A stretch of DNA of 64,000 nucleotides from Chloroflexota bacterium (GTDB taxonomy: Bacteria > Chloroflexota > Dehalococcoidia > Lucifugimonadales > JADFKI01), in assembly GCA_027623195.1 (NCBI GenBank), contig JAQBUT010000003.1:64001-128000 (forward strand), written 5' to 3'. Position numbers and translations under genes: made by a program. Shown in pieces: positions 47,757-57,157 of the stretch; position 1 is the first letter of the stretch; the number at the start of each line of letters is the position of its first letter. The notes beneath the pieces were generated by a model that was given only the letters and a program-made list of their open reading frames with translations, ran no database searches and was not told where the DNA came from.

Positions 47757-48419
47757 CTAATCGAGCAAAACGGGATTCTCCAAACTGCTCATATCCACCA
47801 CCACGTCCGCAACCTCTCGCGGCCGCGCGCTTTCCAGGTACAGCCTTTGACCTGGCACGTAGCGTGTCTCGTACCGCTGGCGAAGAGCCTCCTCGGAGTC
47901 GATGCCTTCTGCGTTTCGCTTCACGGCCCGCTCTACACTAACATCGAACCCAATATCCAGAAAAATCCGAAAGTCCCAGAGGTCGTTTAGCTCCGGGCGC
48001 ATCAGGAATATCCCGTCGAAGAGCAGTACGGCGTTGGCGGGGGCAGTCTGCAGGGGTTCGTAGATGAACTGGTCGGTTCGGTGGTCGAAGGTGGCGGTGC
48101 GGTAGCGTAGGGAACCGCCGGGGCCTAGCTGCTCCAGAAGCTCGCCCCGCACCGAGTCGTAGTCGAAAGAGTCATGGTAGTAGCCCTCGGGTGAGTCCGG
48201 CCCGCGCCTGTAACGCTCTTCACGAGGCCTATGAAAGCCATCAACCGAGGCCCGTATGACTGGACGGCCCAACTCTTCAATTGGCGCAACCAACGCGTCA
48301 GCTAGCGTCGTCTTGCCCGCCGCGCCCACGCCGTCTATCGCAACACGAACCGGATGGGCCAGCGATATGTCCTTGATGCGTCCGGCTAAATCCACCAGGA
48401 ACTCAGGTCCGTCCGTCAA
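47757..48419 (-). CDS. uridine-kinase-like P-loop kinase
   Basis: VAIDGVGAAGKTT, ASVDGFH, FDGIFL, RYVPGQRLY. Confidence 0.85.
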   Translation of the reverse strand: MTDGPEFLVDLAGRIKDISLAHPVRVAIDGVGAAGKTTLADALVAPIEELGRPVIRASVDGFHRPREERYRRGPDSPEGYYHDSFDYDSVRGELLEQLGPGGSLRYRTATFDHRTDQFIYEPLQTAPANAVLLFDGIFLMRPELNDLWDFRIFLDIGFDVSVERAVKRNAEGIDSEEALRQRYETRYVPGQRLYLESARPREVADVVVDMSSLENPVLLD

Positions 48420-48513
48420 TGGCCACTCCTAGACGGTGCGTCGGCAAGGCGTCGGCAATGCCTCCTATGAGATTCGCCAATGACGACCCGCCACGTGTAC
48501 ACGCCTGAAAACT

Positions 48514-49773
48514 CTATCCGATCTTGTCGAAGCCAGTATAAGGGCGTAAGACCTCTGGAATTATGACAGAGCCGTCCTCTTGTTGAAAATTCTCCAGGAC
48601 GCCGATGATAGCCCTGGGCAACGCTATGCCGGAGCCGTTCAGGGTATGAGGAAAGCGAGGACGTGCGCCCTGCTCGGTGCGGTAGCGAATGGAGGCCCGC
48701 CGCGCCTGGAAATCCGTACAGTTGGAGCATGAGCTCACCTCTTGCCACTCGTCACTGCCGGGCGCCCACACCTCCAGGTCGAAGGTTTTGGACGACTGGA
48801 AGGAGATGTCGGCCGTGCAGAGTTGCAGCAGCCTGTACGTCAGACCTAGCTTCGAGCAGACCTCCCCCGCATCGGCTATAAGCTTGTCCAACTCCTCGTT
48901 CGAGGTGTCGGGGTCCACGAACTTGTACATCTCCACCTTTTCGAACTGGTGCACGCGCTTTATACCGCGTGTGTCGCGTCCGGCGGCGGTCCGCTCCCGG
49001 CGGAAGCAGGGCGTGTGGGCTACGTAGCACAGGGGCAGCGACCCCGGCGGGAGAATCTCGTCTCGGTGCAGGTTGGTTAACGCCATTTCTGCGGTAGGAA
49101 GCAACCACATATCGTCTTCGTTGTCGTGGTACATTGTGTCGGCGAATTTGGGCAGGTTGCTGTTGGCTATGGCAGACGCCGCCGTGACCATGTTGGGCAA
49201 GTATATTTCCTGATAGCCGTGCTGCTCTGTGTGAAGGTCCAGCATCCAGTCGATGAGCGCGCGCTGTAGCCTGGCCCCTTTGCCTTTGAGTACGAAGAAG
49301 CGTGAGCCGGACATCTTGGCGCCACGTTCGAAGTCTATAATGCCCAGGTCCTCGCCTATTTCCCAGTGGGGCTTGGGCTCGAAATCGAACGTTGGTATCT
49401 CGCCGAAACGGCTGATCTCTACGTTGTCGCTCTCATCCTTGCCCGTAGGAACGTCGTCCTGGGGCAGGTTGGGCATAGTCATGACCAGGGCGTTGATCGC
49501 GTCCTCTACGCCACGTATCGCGTCCTCAAGAACCTTGATCTGGCTTCCAACCCCCCGCATCTCCTCGATAAGCTCAGGAGGGCGTTCTTTGAGGCGGCCT
49601 AGCTGACTGCTGACCTCGTTTCGTCGGGCGCGCAACGCATCAGCCTCCACGATAGCGCCACGTCGTTTGACATCCAGATCCAGAATGGCGTCGATAGGCA
49701 CGTTCTCGCCGCGCCTGGCCATGGCGTTTCTGACGAGGTCCGGGTTGTTCCGTATAAGTTCAATACTGATCAA
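48514..49773 (-). CDS. serS: seryl-tRNA synthetase
   Basis: LLPTAE, CFRRERTAAGRDTRGIKRVHQFEKVE, EVSSCSNCTDFQARR, TLNGSG. Confidence 0.97.
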   Translation of the reverse strand: MISIELIRNNPDLVRNAMARRGENVPIDAILDLDVKRRGAIVEADALRARRNEVSSQLGRLKERPPELIEEMRGVGSQIKVLEDAIRGVEDAINALVMTMPNLPQDDVPTGKDESDNVEISRFGEIPTFDFEPKPHWEIGEDLGIIDFERGAKMSGSRFFVLKGKGARLQRALIDWMLDLHTEQHGYQEIYLPNMVTAASAIANSNLPKFADTMYHDNEDDMWLLPTAEMALTNLHRDEILPPGSLPLCYVAHTPCFRRERTAAGRDTRGIKRVHQFEKVEMYKFVDPDTSNEELDKLIADAGEVCSKLGLTYRLLQLCTADISFQSSKTFDLEVWAPGSDEWQEVSSCSNCTDFQARRASIRYRTEQGARPRFPHTLNGSGIALPRAIIGVLENFQQEDGSVIIPEVLRPYTGFDKIG

Positions 49774-50209
49774 CGGGTACCTTCCTTTGGGACCTTTTTG
49801 AATTCTTGAATAATCGGCAACCGGTATGGATTATGGCACACGTTACCTTTAGGGGGGCCATTCATCTGCATAAGGGGTGTCGAACACCAAGACCCACTAT
49901 TCAATTTAAACAAAGTACATAATCTTTACAAATATATTATCGAGCCCTTAGTTAACAATTTGACGGTGACTGCGGACGTTGTAAATGTTAACGTTCATTC
50001 TCAGGGTCTTTAGGTTAACACCAAAATTGGCGGGTCAGGCGTCATTGTGTTGGTTGGGGGTAAGCCGTATAATTCAGGCCACATTTGGCATTAAATTAGA
50101 ACTTTTATTAAAATAGTCCAATAATTGGGTTGTGAGCTTCTCTAGGAAGCCCCTGGGTGAATGGGGAGCCGTTGTGGTTGACGGTCTGAGGGGAGCGCGG
50201 AGGACGGGG

Positions 50210-51808
50210 ATGGGGGAAGATCAAGGGCCCAGAAAAAAGCCTATGAAAGAGTTGATGGATATGCGTCAGCAGGTGGCGGCATATTGGCCATCCGTAGCGG
50301 GCAACGGCATGGGAGAACACCACGATGATGACGGCAGGCTGGAAAGCTTGCAGTCCATACTGAGGGCCGTCACCGATGGCACTTACGAGTGGGATTTGGC
50401 TACGAATTGGCTGGATTGGGATGACCGACTTCACGGTTTGGTTGGCACCTCCGGCGATGGCTTTACGCACCACATTAGCGAATTCATCGAACGTATACAC
50501 CCGGACGATATTGGGCGCGTTTCCTTTGCTTTGGACGCTCATTTGCAGCTAAATGAGCCCTATCGGGCAGAGTTCCGGCTTCGCCTGGCCTCTGGCGACT
50601 TCTCGTGGGCGTCAGTAGTGGGTGAGGCGGTTCGTGATGCCGATGGCAGCCCGGCAAAACTGGTGGGCGCACTGACGCTCATCAACGACGCCAAGTTAAC
50701 GGCATCTCATCTCATGGAGTCAGAGACTCGCCTTCGGGCTCTTTTCGACGGCATTAGTGATGGCTTGGCGGTCCTGACGCCAGCGGGTCAGATCGTGGAC
50801 GCCAACGCTCAGGCTTGCGAGTTCCTGGGTTACGATCTAGCGGACCTGACGGAGGCCGGACTACTTCGGATACTAGTTCCCAATCAGGTCGTGGACGGGC
50901 TCAGCCTACTGCGCCGCGCGGCAGGGAATGGCAGGTCCAACGGGCGTATAGGCATTCGTCATGGCGACGACACCGTAATCCTGGCGGACATGGACCTGGT
51001 TAGACTGCCTGACGGCACGCTGATGTGCTCGCTACGGGACGCATCAAGGGCCGACGGGTTTGTGGAACGAGAGGTCCAAGACCACGTTATGGAGGCCCTC
51101 AGCCGTTTTTCCAGGGCACTGGCCCACGAATTGAACAACGCGCTGACTCCTGTTATGGGCTACGCCCAGCTCAGCGAGAGGGCTTTGGCCGAAGACAACG
51201 AGGTTCGTAAGTACCTTCACCAGATAAATAACGCAGCCGACCGCGCAGCCTTTTTGACGGCGCAGCTTTTGGCTTTCGCCCAGAGGCAGGTGGGCAATCC
51301 GGACAGGGTCAATCCGACAGAAGTCGTTACCAGTAGCGAGCCCTTGCTACGTGATGCCCTGGGCGACAACGTGGAGCTGATTCTGACTTGCGATGACGAC
51401 GTCTGGATGACGCGGATTGATCCCGGCCACATACAGCAGGCGCTGGTGAATATGGCGGACAACAGCAGACAGGCTATGCCTTTCGGCGGCACCTTCACGG
51501 TGGAGGTGGGCAACGCCTACCTCGACGCGGATTTTGCCAAAACACATCCTGGCATCAGGCATGGCGATTACGTCTGCGTCACCGTATCCGACACCGGTGT
51601 AGGCATGACGGAGGACGTTCTTTCCCGGGCCTTCGAACCGTTGTTCACCACCAAGGAGCCTGGAGGGGGTCTTGGCATGGGCCTATCTACTGCTTATGGT
51701 AAGGTGAGACAAAACGGCGGACACATCGAGGTATCCAGCCGTCCCAGGGAGGGCGCTACGTTCAGGATGTATTTCCCCAGAGCTGCCGAAGGCGAGGACG
51801 GCCAGTAG
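50210..51808 (+). CDS. cytoplasmic PAS-PAS histidine kinase without receiver
   Basis: IHPDD PAS, LAHELNNAL H-box, DTGVGM, FTTKEPGGGLGMGL; start uncertain. Confidence 0.9.
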   Translation: MGEDQGPRKKPMKELMDMRQQVAAYWPSVAGNGMGEHHDDDGRLESLQSILRAVTDGTYEWDLATNWLDWDDRLHGLVGTSGDGFTHHISEFIERIHPDDIGRVSFALDAHLQLNEPYRAEFRLRLASGDFSWASVVGEAVRDADGSPAKLVGALTLINDAKLTASHLMESETRLRALFDGISDGLAVLTPAGQIVDANAQACEFLGYDLADLTEAGLLRILVPNQVVDGLSLLRRAAGNGRSNGRIGIRHGDDTVILADMDLVRLPDGTLMCSLRDASRADGFVEREVQDHVMEALSRFSRALAHELNNALTPVMGYAQLSERALAEDNEVRKYLHQINNAADRAAFLTAQLLAFAQRQVGNPDRVNPTEVVTSSEPLLRDALGDNVELILTCDDDVWMTRIDPGHIQQALVNMADNSRQAMPFGGTFTVEVGNAYLDADFAKTHPGIRHGDYVCVTVSDTGVGMTEDVLSRAFEPLFTTKEPGGGLGMGLSTAYGKVRQNGGHIEVSSRPREGATFRMYFPRAAEGEDGQ

Positions 51809-51918
51809 CCTTTGCCCTTCGCCCAGCCCCCGTCCTTTTCTTCTCGCATTTCACCGGCAGCAAGCTCCCTGATATAATTCTCTGAACGTCCAATTCGCGC
51901 CGTTACTCAGGAGTTCCC

Positions 51919-52281
51919 GTGATCGACACACACGCCAAAATATACGATTACGCCGAAGAGCTTATATCGACGCCCAGGGCACACCTGCGTCTGGAGCTTA
52001 GCCAGGACGAGAATGGGCTAGACCTTTCCTTCGAGGGAAACAAGCTGGCCGAGTGCTACCTGACCAGCGAGGGCATGCTGGCGGGAGGATTCCTTGCACA
52101 GGCACTGGGAGTCACAGTTCCGGCTTTAGGGGAGTCCGTTATCGCTCGAGTGTCAACCGGCGTTCTGTTCCGAGCTATGGGCGTTGTAGGGCTGAACTAC
52201 GGTAAGGAAGAGTCCTACGTGCTTTTGGACAGGCTCCTGGAGGAGGCTGAGGTCCAGCGCGGCGGTTCCGTAGAAACGTAA
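51919..52281 (+). CDS. hypothetical protein
   Basis: AGGAG RBS + GTG; TGnTATAAT-like promoter upstream; 120 aa. Confidence 0.75.
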   Translation: MIDTHAKIYDYAEELISTPRAHLRLELSQDENGLDLSFEGNKLAECYLTSEGMLAGGFLAQALGVTVPALGESVIARVSTGVLFRAMGVVGLNYGKEESYVLLDRLLEEAEVQRGGSVET

Positions 52282-52460
52282 GCCGCGTTAAAGCGAAACT
52301 TAGGGACACGGCCCCGGTTCTCACGGGTAATCGAAGCGCTTCGATTCGTTCCACCCTACGACTCTGCTGAGGCTACGTTGCGCATCTGCCACAGAATTCG
52401 ACTATAATGTGCCACAGCTTTTTACCGTCTCGCACAGCTATAAAAAAGGAGAACTAAACG

Positions 52461-53387
52461 ATGCCTGAAGCTCTTGCCTTCTTCCGTGGAAAGATAGTTC
52501 CACTGTCCGAGGCGAAGGTTAGCGTAACGACCCATGCCTTGCATTACGGCACTGCTGTATTTGAGGGCATTCGCGGTAACTGGAACGAAGAGCAGGGCAA
52601 GATGTTCGTTTTCCGCATGCGCGAGCACTACGCGCGTCTCATACAGGGGTGCCGCATCATGATGCTGGACATCCCGTACGACGCCGACGACCTCTGCCGC
52701 ATCACGATGGAGCTTCTGCAGGCCTGCGGCTACAAAGAGGACCTGTACATTCGCCCATTGGCATATAAGAGTGAAGAGCGAGTTGCCAACCTGAAGCTGC
52801 AGGAACTGGCCAGCGACTTCACATTAGTTGCCGTGCCTTTCGGGAACTACATCGATGCCGAGGGCGCTATACGCTGCTGTACATCGTCCTGGCGGCGCAT
52901 CGACGACACGATAATCCCACCCAGAGTGAAAATCTCTGGACACTATGTAAACAGCATTCTGGCCAAAACCGAAGCTACTTTGGCGGGCTTTGACGAGGCC
53001 ATCATGCTCACTCAAGACGGAAACGTCTCCGAGGGTTCAGGCGAAAACCTCTTTCTGGTGCAGGATGGCACTTTGCATACCCCGATGGTGGCCCACAATA
53101 ACCTGACGGGCATCACCCGGGATTGCACTATGAAGCTGGCAAAGAAGGAATTGGGCCTGGATATTGTTGAGCGAGAGATACGGCGCAGTGAGCTTTACCT
53201 GGCGGATGAGGTCTTCCTGACAGGAACTGCCGCGCACATAACACCCGTAGGCGAGCTGGACAGCCGACCTATCGGCGATGGTGGCGTTGGGCCAATCACC
53301 AGGAGTCTCCGTGAGTTCTACGTGGAAATTATACGAGGCAACAATCCTCAGTATCTGGACTGGTGTACAGAAGTTCCGATGGGGTAA
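52461..53387 (+). CDS. ilvE: branched-chain amino acid aminotransferase
   Basis: HALHYGTAVFEGIR, KISGHYVNS, SEGSGEN, GITR, FLTGTAA. Confidence 0.94.
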   Translation: MPEALAFFRGKIVPLSEAKVSVTTHALHYGTAVFEGIRGNWNEEQGKMFVFRMREHYARLIQGCRIMMLDIPYDADDLCRITMELLQACGYKEDLYIRPLAYKSEERVANLKLQELASDFTLVAVPFGNYIDAEGAIRCCTSSWRRIDDTIIPPRVKISGHYVNSILAKTEATLAGFDEAIMLTQDGNVSEGSGENLFLVQDGTLHTPMVAHNNLTGITRDCTMKLAKKELGLDIVEREIRRSELYLADEVFLTGTAAHITPVGELDSRPIGDGGVGPITRSLREFYVEIIRGNNPQYLDWCTEVPMG

Positions 53388-53461
53388 ACCGTACCGGCTT
53401 GCCCTGGCAATCTGGAGGCGTCGGATGCCTACGCCCCTCATGAAGTCCGCTGCCGGCTAAT

Positions 53462-53914
53462 ATGTTCACCTTCGCAACAGACTACTACCTGATGGTTCTT
53501 GTGGCCGGTATTGGTGCAATCCAATTTGCATCCTCCGTTAGTAACCTTCGGGGTCTCCTTTTTATTAAGAGACCTCTCTTCGCACGCGTTTTGGGGATCG
53601 GCCTGGTAGTCTTTGCCTTCGTCTGGTTCTTCAGCGCCTCGGAGCGCAACATAAGCGACCACGAGGGCGCTCTCGACGCCAATACTCAGGCTCTGTTCTT
53701 CTTCCTTGGCGTATTATCCAGCGGAGTCTTCACATTAGTCTTGTCGTCTATCATCAATCGCGGCATGAGTGACACAGACTTCTTGTCTGAATCGGCTCCG
53801 GAATCAGGTATGGACTCACTGCGCCAACTTAGCTTCTTTCACGCGTTGATGGCGAATCTGCACTACTGGTGGAATAATTGGAGAACGCAGATCAGGCGTT
53901 ATTTATTTGGCTAA
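53462..53914 (+). CDS. hypothetical membrane protein (3 TM)
   Basis: Hydrophobic segments; overlaps the next gene. Confidence 0.7.
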   Translation: MFTFATDYYLMVLVAGIGAIQFASSVSNLRGLLFIKRPLFARVLGIGLVVFAFVWFFSASERNISDHEGALDANTQALFFFLGVLSSGVFTLVLSSIINRGMSDTDFLSESAPESGMDSLRQLSFFHALMANLHYWWNNWRTQIRRYLFG

Positions 53915-54459
53915 ACGGCTTGGCAGGGGGTTTCGCCCTTTTTGACTCCGTAGTCGGTTGGGTCGCCAGCGACCATCTTGTGCCTGTGAGCCTATCGTTG
54001 ACGCTAGTGGTGTTGTGGTTTACCGGCGTAGACAAGGAAGCGCGCGAGAAGCACCAGATAGGTCTCATGTTAGCCTTAATCTCACTGGCCCTATCCAGCT
54101 TGGTAGTGCTGATCATCAACGCCTTCTACGAACGTCCCAGACCGTTCGAGGTAATGGACGTAACACTTCTTTTCTACAGGCCTACTGACCCATCTTTCCC
54201 TGCAAATTCTGCGGCAGCGGCGTTTGCCCTGGCCGCAGCAATATGGTTGGTCAACCGGCGGGTAGGCACGGCCATGATTGTGGCTGCGGTGGGTTACGGC
54301 CTTTCCAGGATAATAGCCGGGGTGCATTACCCCTTGGACGTGCTAGCAGGCTGGTTCATTGCCGTCCTGGTAACGCTAGCCGTTTTCCGATTGAAAGAGC
54401 TTGTTATGCCGGTCCTACGGGCATTTCTCCGCCTTGCGCGAATATTCTGCCTGGCTTAG
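53878..54459 (+). CDS. PAP2-family phosphatase (BcrC-like undecaprenyl-PP phosphatase)
   Basis: RPRPF, DPSFPANS, SRIIAGVHYPLD. Confidence 0.88.
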   Translation: MENADQALFIWLNGLAGGFALFDSVVGWVASDHLVPVSLSLTLVVLWFTGVDKEAREKHQIGLMLALISLALSSLVVLIINAFYERPRPFEVMDVTLLFYRPTDPSFPANSAAAAFALAAAIWLVNRRVGTAMIVAAVGYGLSRIIAGVHYPLDVLAGWFIAVLVTLAVFRLKELVMPVLRAFLRLARIFCLA

Positions 54460-54598
54460 TTGCGAAGAAGTTGATTCATTTGGTTTAGTTATCTTTGGAT
54501 TGGGTATTTCTTATAGAAGGGATGCAGCCGAGAACGCATCTCCATATTCTGTGATAGTTGAATTCCTTTAATTCACAAGATACCCATGAGGTGAGCTA

Positions 54599-55030
54599 AT
54601 GTTGACAAGTGCCATGGAAGTTGTCATCCAGGACTCCATCAATCGAGTGGCCGACCAGGTGGCTACGGAGCAGCAAATGTTGGTGCCGATCGAGGTACGG
54701 TCGTTCCTCATCGAATTGTTGAGGGAGTCTCTGGTGCACCGTGAGCAGAAATGGGAAAAGGTCGCATCCGTGGAGTTGGTTGGCGACGGGTACTATGATC
54801 AGGCCCAGGCCATGCCAATGGTAGAGCGTTACGTAGGCGACCATGTTTATGACCTTCTGGACGCCGCCGCCCACAGGTCCAAGGACGACGACGAGGATCG
54901 TGTGGACTTCATGGTCCGGCACGACGTAAGGCCGGTGCTAAAAAGGCGAAGGCTGCACCTGATAAACCTGGTGGATGCGATGGGCTCTCGAGGTCACAAC
55001 ATCTGGCCCTTCAGTCTGGAAAAGAGCTAA
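54599..55030 (+). CDS. hypothetical protein, possible histone fold
   Basis: GAGGTGA RBS; 143 aa, helical. Confidence 0.7.
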   Translation: MLTSAMEVVIQDSINRVADQVATEQQMLVPIEVRSFLIELLRESLVHREQKWEKVASVELVGDGYYDQAQAMPMVERYVGDHVYDLLDAAAHRSKDDDEDRVDFMVRHDVRPVLKRRRLHLINLVDAMGSRGHNIWPFSLEKS

Positions 55031-55100
55031 CCCGTAAACTAGGAAAACCTCGGCATAAAGAACTGATTAGACCTGGGTTTCTATTGTAGAAGCTAATTTT

Positions 55101-55130
55101 CAAACGCCGCCCTGTACAGGGCGGCGTTTG
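55101..55130. terminator. perfect 30-bp palindrome, likely bidirectional terminator
   Basis: CAAACGCCGCCCTGTACAGGGCGGCGTTTG between convergent genes. Confidence 0.75.
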
Positions 55131-55145
55131 TTTAGTTTCACCCGC

Positions 55146-56984
55146 TTATTTGCGTGCCTCAAAAGCCTTTTGCAGCTGCACCGCGGTATTTATTATCGAT
55201 AGGTGAGAGAAGGCTTGAGGGAAATTCCCCAGCATCTCGCTGCCGTCAGGAGCTATCTGCTCGCTCATCAGCCCCAGATCATTGGCGTGTGCCAGAAGCT
55301 TGTTGAAAAGCTCGGTGGCTTCATCTATTTTGCCAAGCATGATCAGATTGTCGCAGAGCCAGAATGTGCATATGTTGAAGGTGCCCTCCTCGCCACCAAG
55401 GCCGTCATCGAACCCCTTGTAGCGATATAGGAAGCCGTTGGGAGACGCCAACTCCCTCTGAGTCGCCCGAATGGTGGCAAGCATGCGTGGGTCCTTGGCA
55501 TCGATGAAACCGATCAGAGGCAGAATCAGGTTTCCAGCGTCCATTACCTTGCTTCCATAGGCCTGAACGAAGACACCTTTTTCGTGGTCGAAGCCGCGTG
55601 TGAGGATTTCCTCTCGGATCTCGTCCCTCACCTTTGCCCAGAGCTTCACATCTCCATGCAAATTTTGCTCACGGGCAATCTTAACGGCTCTATCCAGGGC
55701 TACCCAGCACCACGCTTTGGAGAAGACATAGTGTTGCCTCTCGGTTCTGGCCTCCCACACTCCCTCATCGGGCTCCCGCCAGTGGTCCAGAACGAAGCTA
55801 ACAACCCTGCTAAGGTATTCCCAATACCACTCATCGACGTGACCAACGTACTTGCGGTAGAGGTAGGCGGAGTCCATCAGCTCCCCGTACACATCCAGTT
55901 GAAACTGGCCAGCGGCCCCGTTTCCCACTCTCACAGGTTTGGAATGCCTGTAACCTTCAAGTTCAGGGATTTCAAACTCGGAAAGTCGCCGCTCGCCACC
56001 GAGACCGTACATTATCTGCAAGTCCCGCGCCCGGCCTGCGGTGGACCATTCCAGCCAATCCTTGAACGCAATGGCCTCCGAGGTGTAACCCAGGATAAAA
56101 AGGCCATAGAGGGCAAAGGACGCGTCTCTAATCCATGCATAACGGTAGTCCCAGTTTCGTGGCCCTCCAATGGCCTCGGGCAGTGAGGTTGTCGCTGCAG
56201 CAACCATTCCGCCGGAAGGAACGTATGTAAGGGCTTTGAGCGTTAAGGCGCTGCGGATAACGGCGTCCCTATACTTACCTCGATAGGTGCAAATATTGCT
56301 CCACTCATTCCAGTACTTTCTCGTCCGCTCCAACAAGTCAGTCACCAGCGTTTCATCCACACTATCAACCTCGTGTGAAAAGCGGGACGCGTAGGTTATG
56401 ACAGCGCAGAGTTTCTGACCCTTCTTTAGCGTTCCCTGCGAGATAAAGCCGTCGTCCATTTGGGCTATTGGCGAGGAGCAGTAGAAGGAGATTGCGTGTG
56501 AGCCGCCGTGGGCGAACGCGGTGTGCTCGGTGTCCAGGTGGGCGTGCGGAACTATAGTGCCGTACTCGAACCTAGGGACGCATTGCACGGTGTACGCAAA
56601 ACTTCCCTTGGTGCACTCCAGAGACCGTATTATCTGATGGTCGTCCCGAATCTCTCTGGGCTTACGTGCGGAAGGATGATCATAGACCGGCATGAAATCG
56701 GTCAGCTTTGCCGTTCCGGTCTCTGTTTCGAAAGTTGTTTCCAGGATATTGGTGTCTGGCAGGTATCGCCTGGAGGTGGACTTTACGCCTGCCGGAGCAA
56801 TCTTGAAGAAGCCACCCTTGTCCCAGTCCAGAATCCGGCTGAAAACGGCAGGGTCGTCAAAACGGGGAAAGCAGCACCAGTCTATGGAGCCGCTTGTAGA
56901 CACCAGCGCACAGGAGTGCATGTCGCTTATTAGTCCGTAGTCGGAGATAGGGGGGTAACTGGATACCGATGCCAAGAGTGCCAC
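55146..56984 (-). CDS. glycoside hydrolase family 15 (glucoamylase/trehalase-like)
   Basis: ISDYGLISD, AAATTSLPE...RNWDYRYAWIRD, QLDVYGE, DEGVWE, GNFPQAFSH. Confidence 0.93.
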   Translation of the reverse strand: MALLASVSSYPPISDYGLISDMHSCALVSTSGSIDWCCFPRFDDPAVFSRILDWDKGGFFKIAPAGVKSTSRRYLPDTNILETTFETETGTAKLTDFMPVYDHPSARKPREIRDDHQIIRSLECTKGSFAYTVQCVPRFEYGTIVPHAHLDTEHTAFAHGGSHAISFYCSSPIAQMDDGFISQGTLKKGQKLCAVITYASRFSHEVDSVDETLVTDLLERTRKYWNEWSNICTYRGKYRDAVIRSALTLKALTYVPSGGMVAAATTSLPEAIGGPRNWDYRYAWIRDASFALYGLFILGYTSEAIAFKDWLEWSTAGRARDLQIMYGLGGERRLSEFEIPELEGYRHSKPVRVGNGAAGQFQLDVYGELMDSAYLYRKYVGHVDEWYWEYLSRVVSFVLDHWREPDEGVWEARTERQHYVFSKAWCWVALDRAVKIAREQNLHGDVKLWAKVRDEIREEILTRGFDHEKGVFVQAYGSKVMDAGNLILPLIGFIDAKDPRMLATIRATQRELASPNGFLYRYKGFDDGLGGEEGTFNICTFWLCDNLIMLGKIDEATELFNKLLAHANDLGLMSEQIAPDGSEMLGNFPQAFSHLSIINTAVQLQKAFEARK

Positions 56985-57157
56985 CTGCCGAGTTTTAACT
57001 TGCTTAAAATGTAATACAGGACTGCGCTAATTAAACTAGTTCTGCCACACCCTTCGATGCCAGAAATGAGAATAGGGACACAATCGCATCCCTATTCTTT
57101 GAAATCCGTTTACTTTAGTATTGTGTAGTATTCGGTGCCTGGAAGTCTCGACGATTA

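Noticed and set aside
49774..50130. T-box leader for serS
   Set aside because: No recognisable T-box (GGTGGNACCGCG) or terminator on the minus strand
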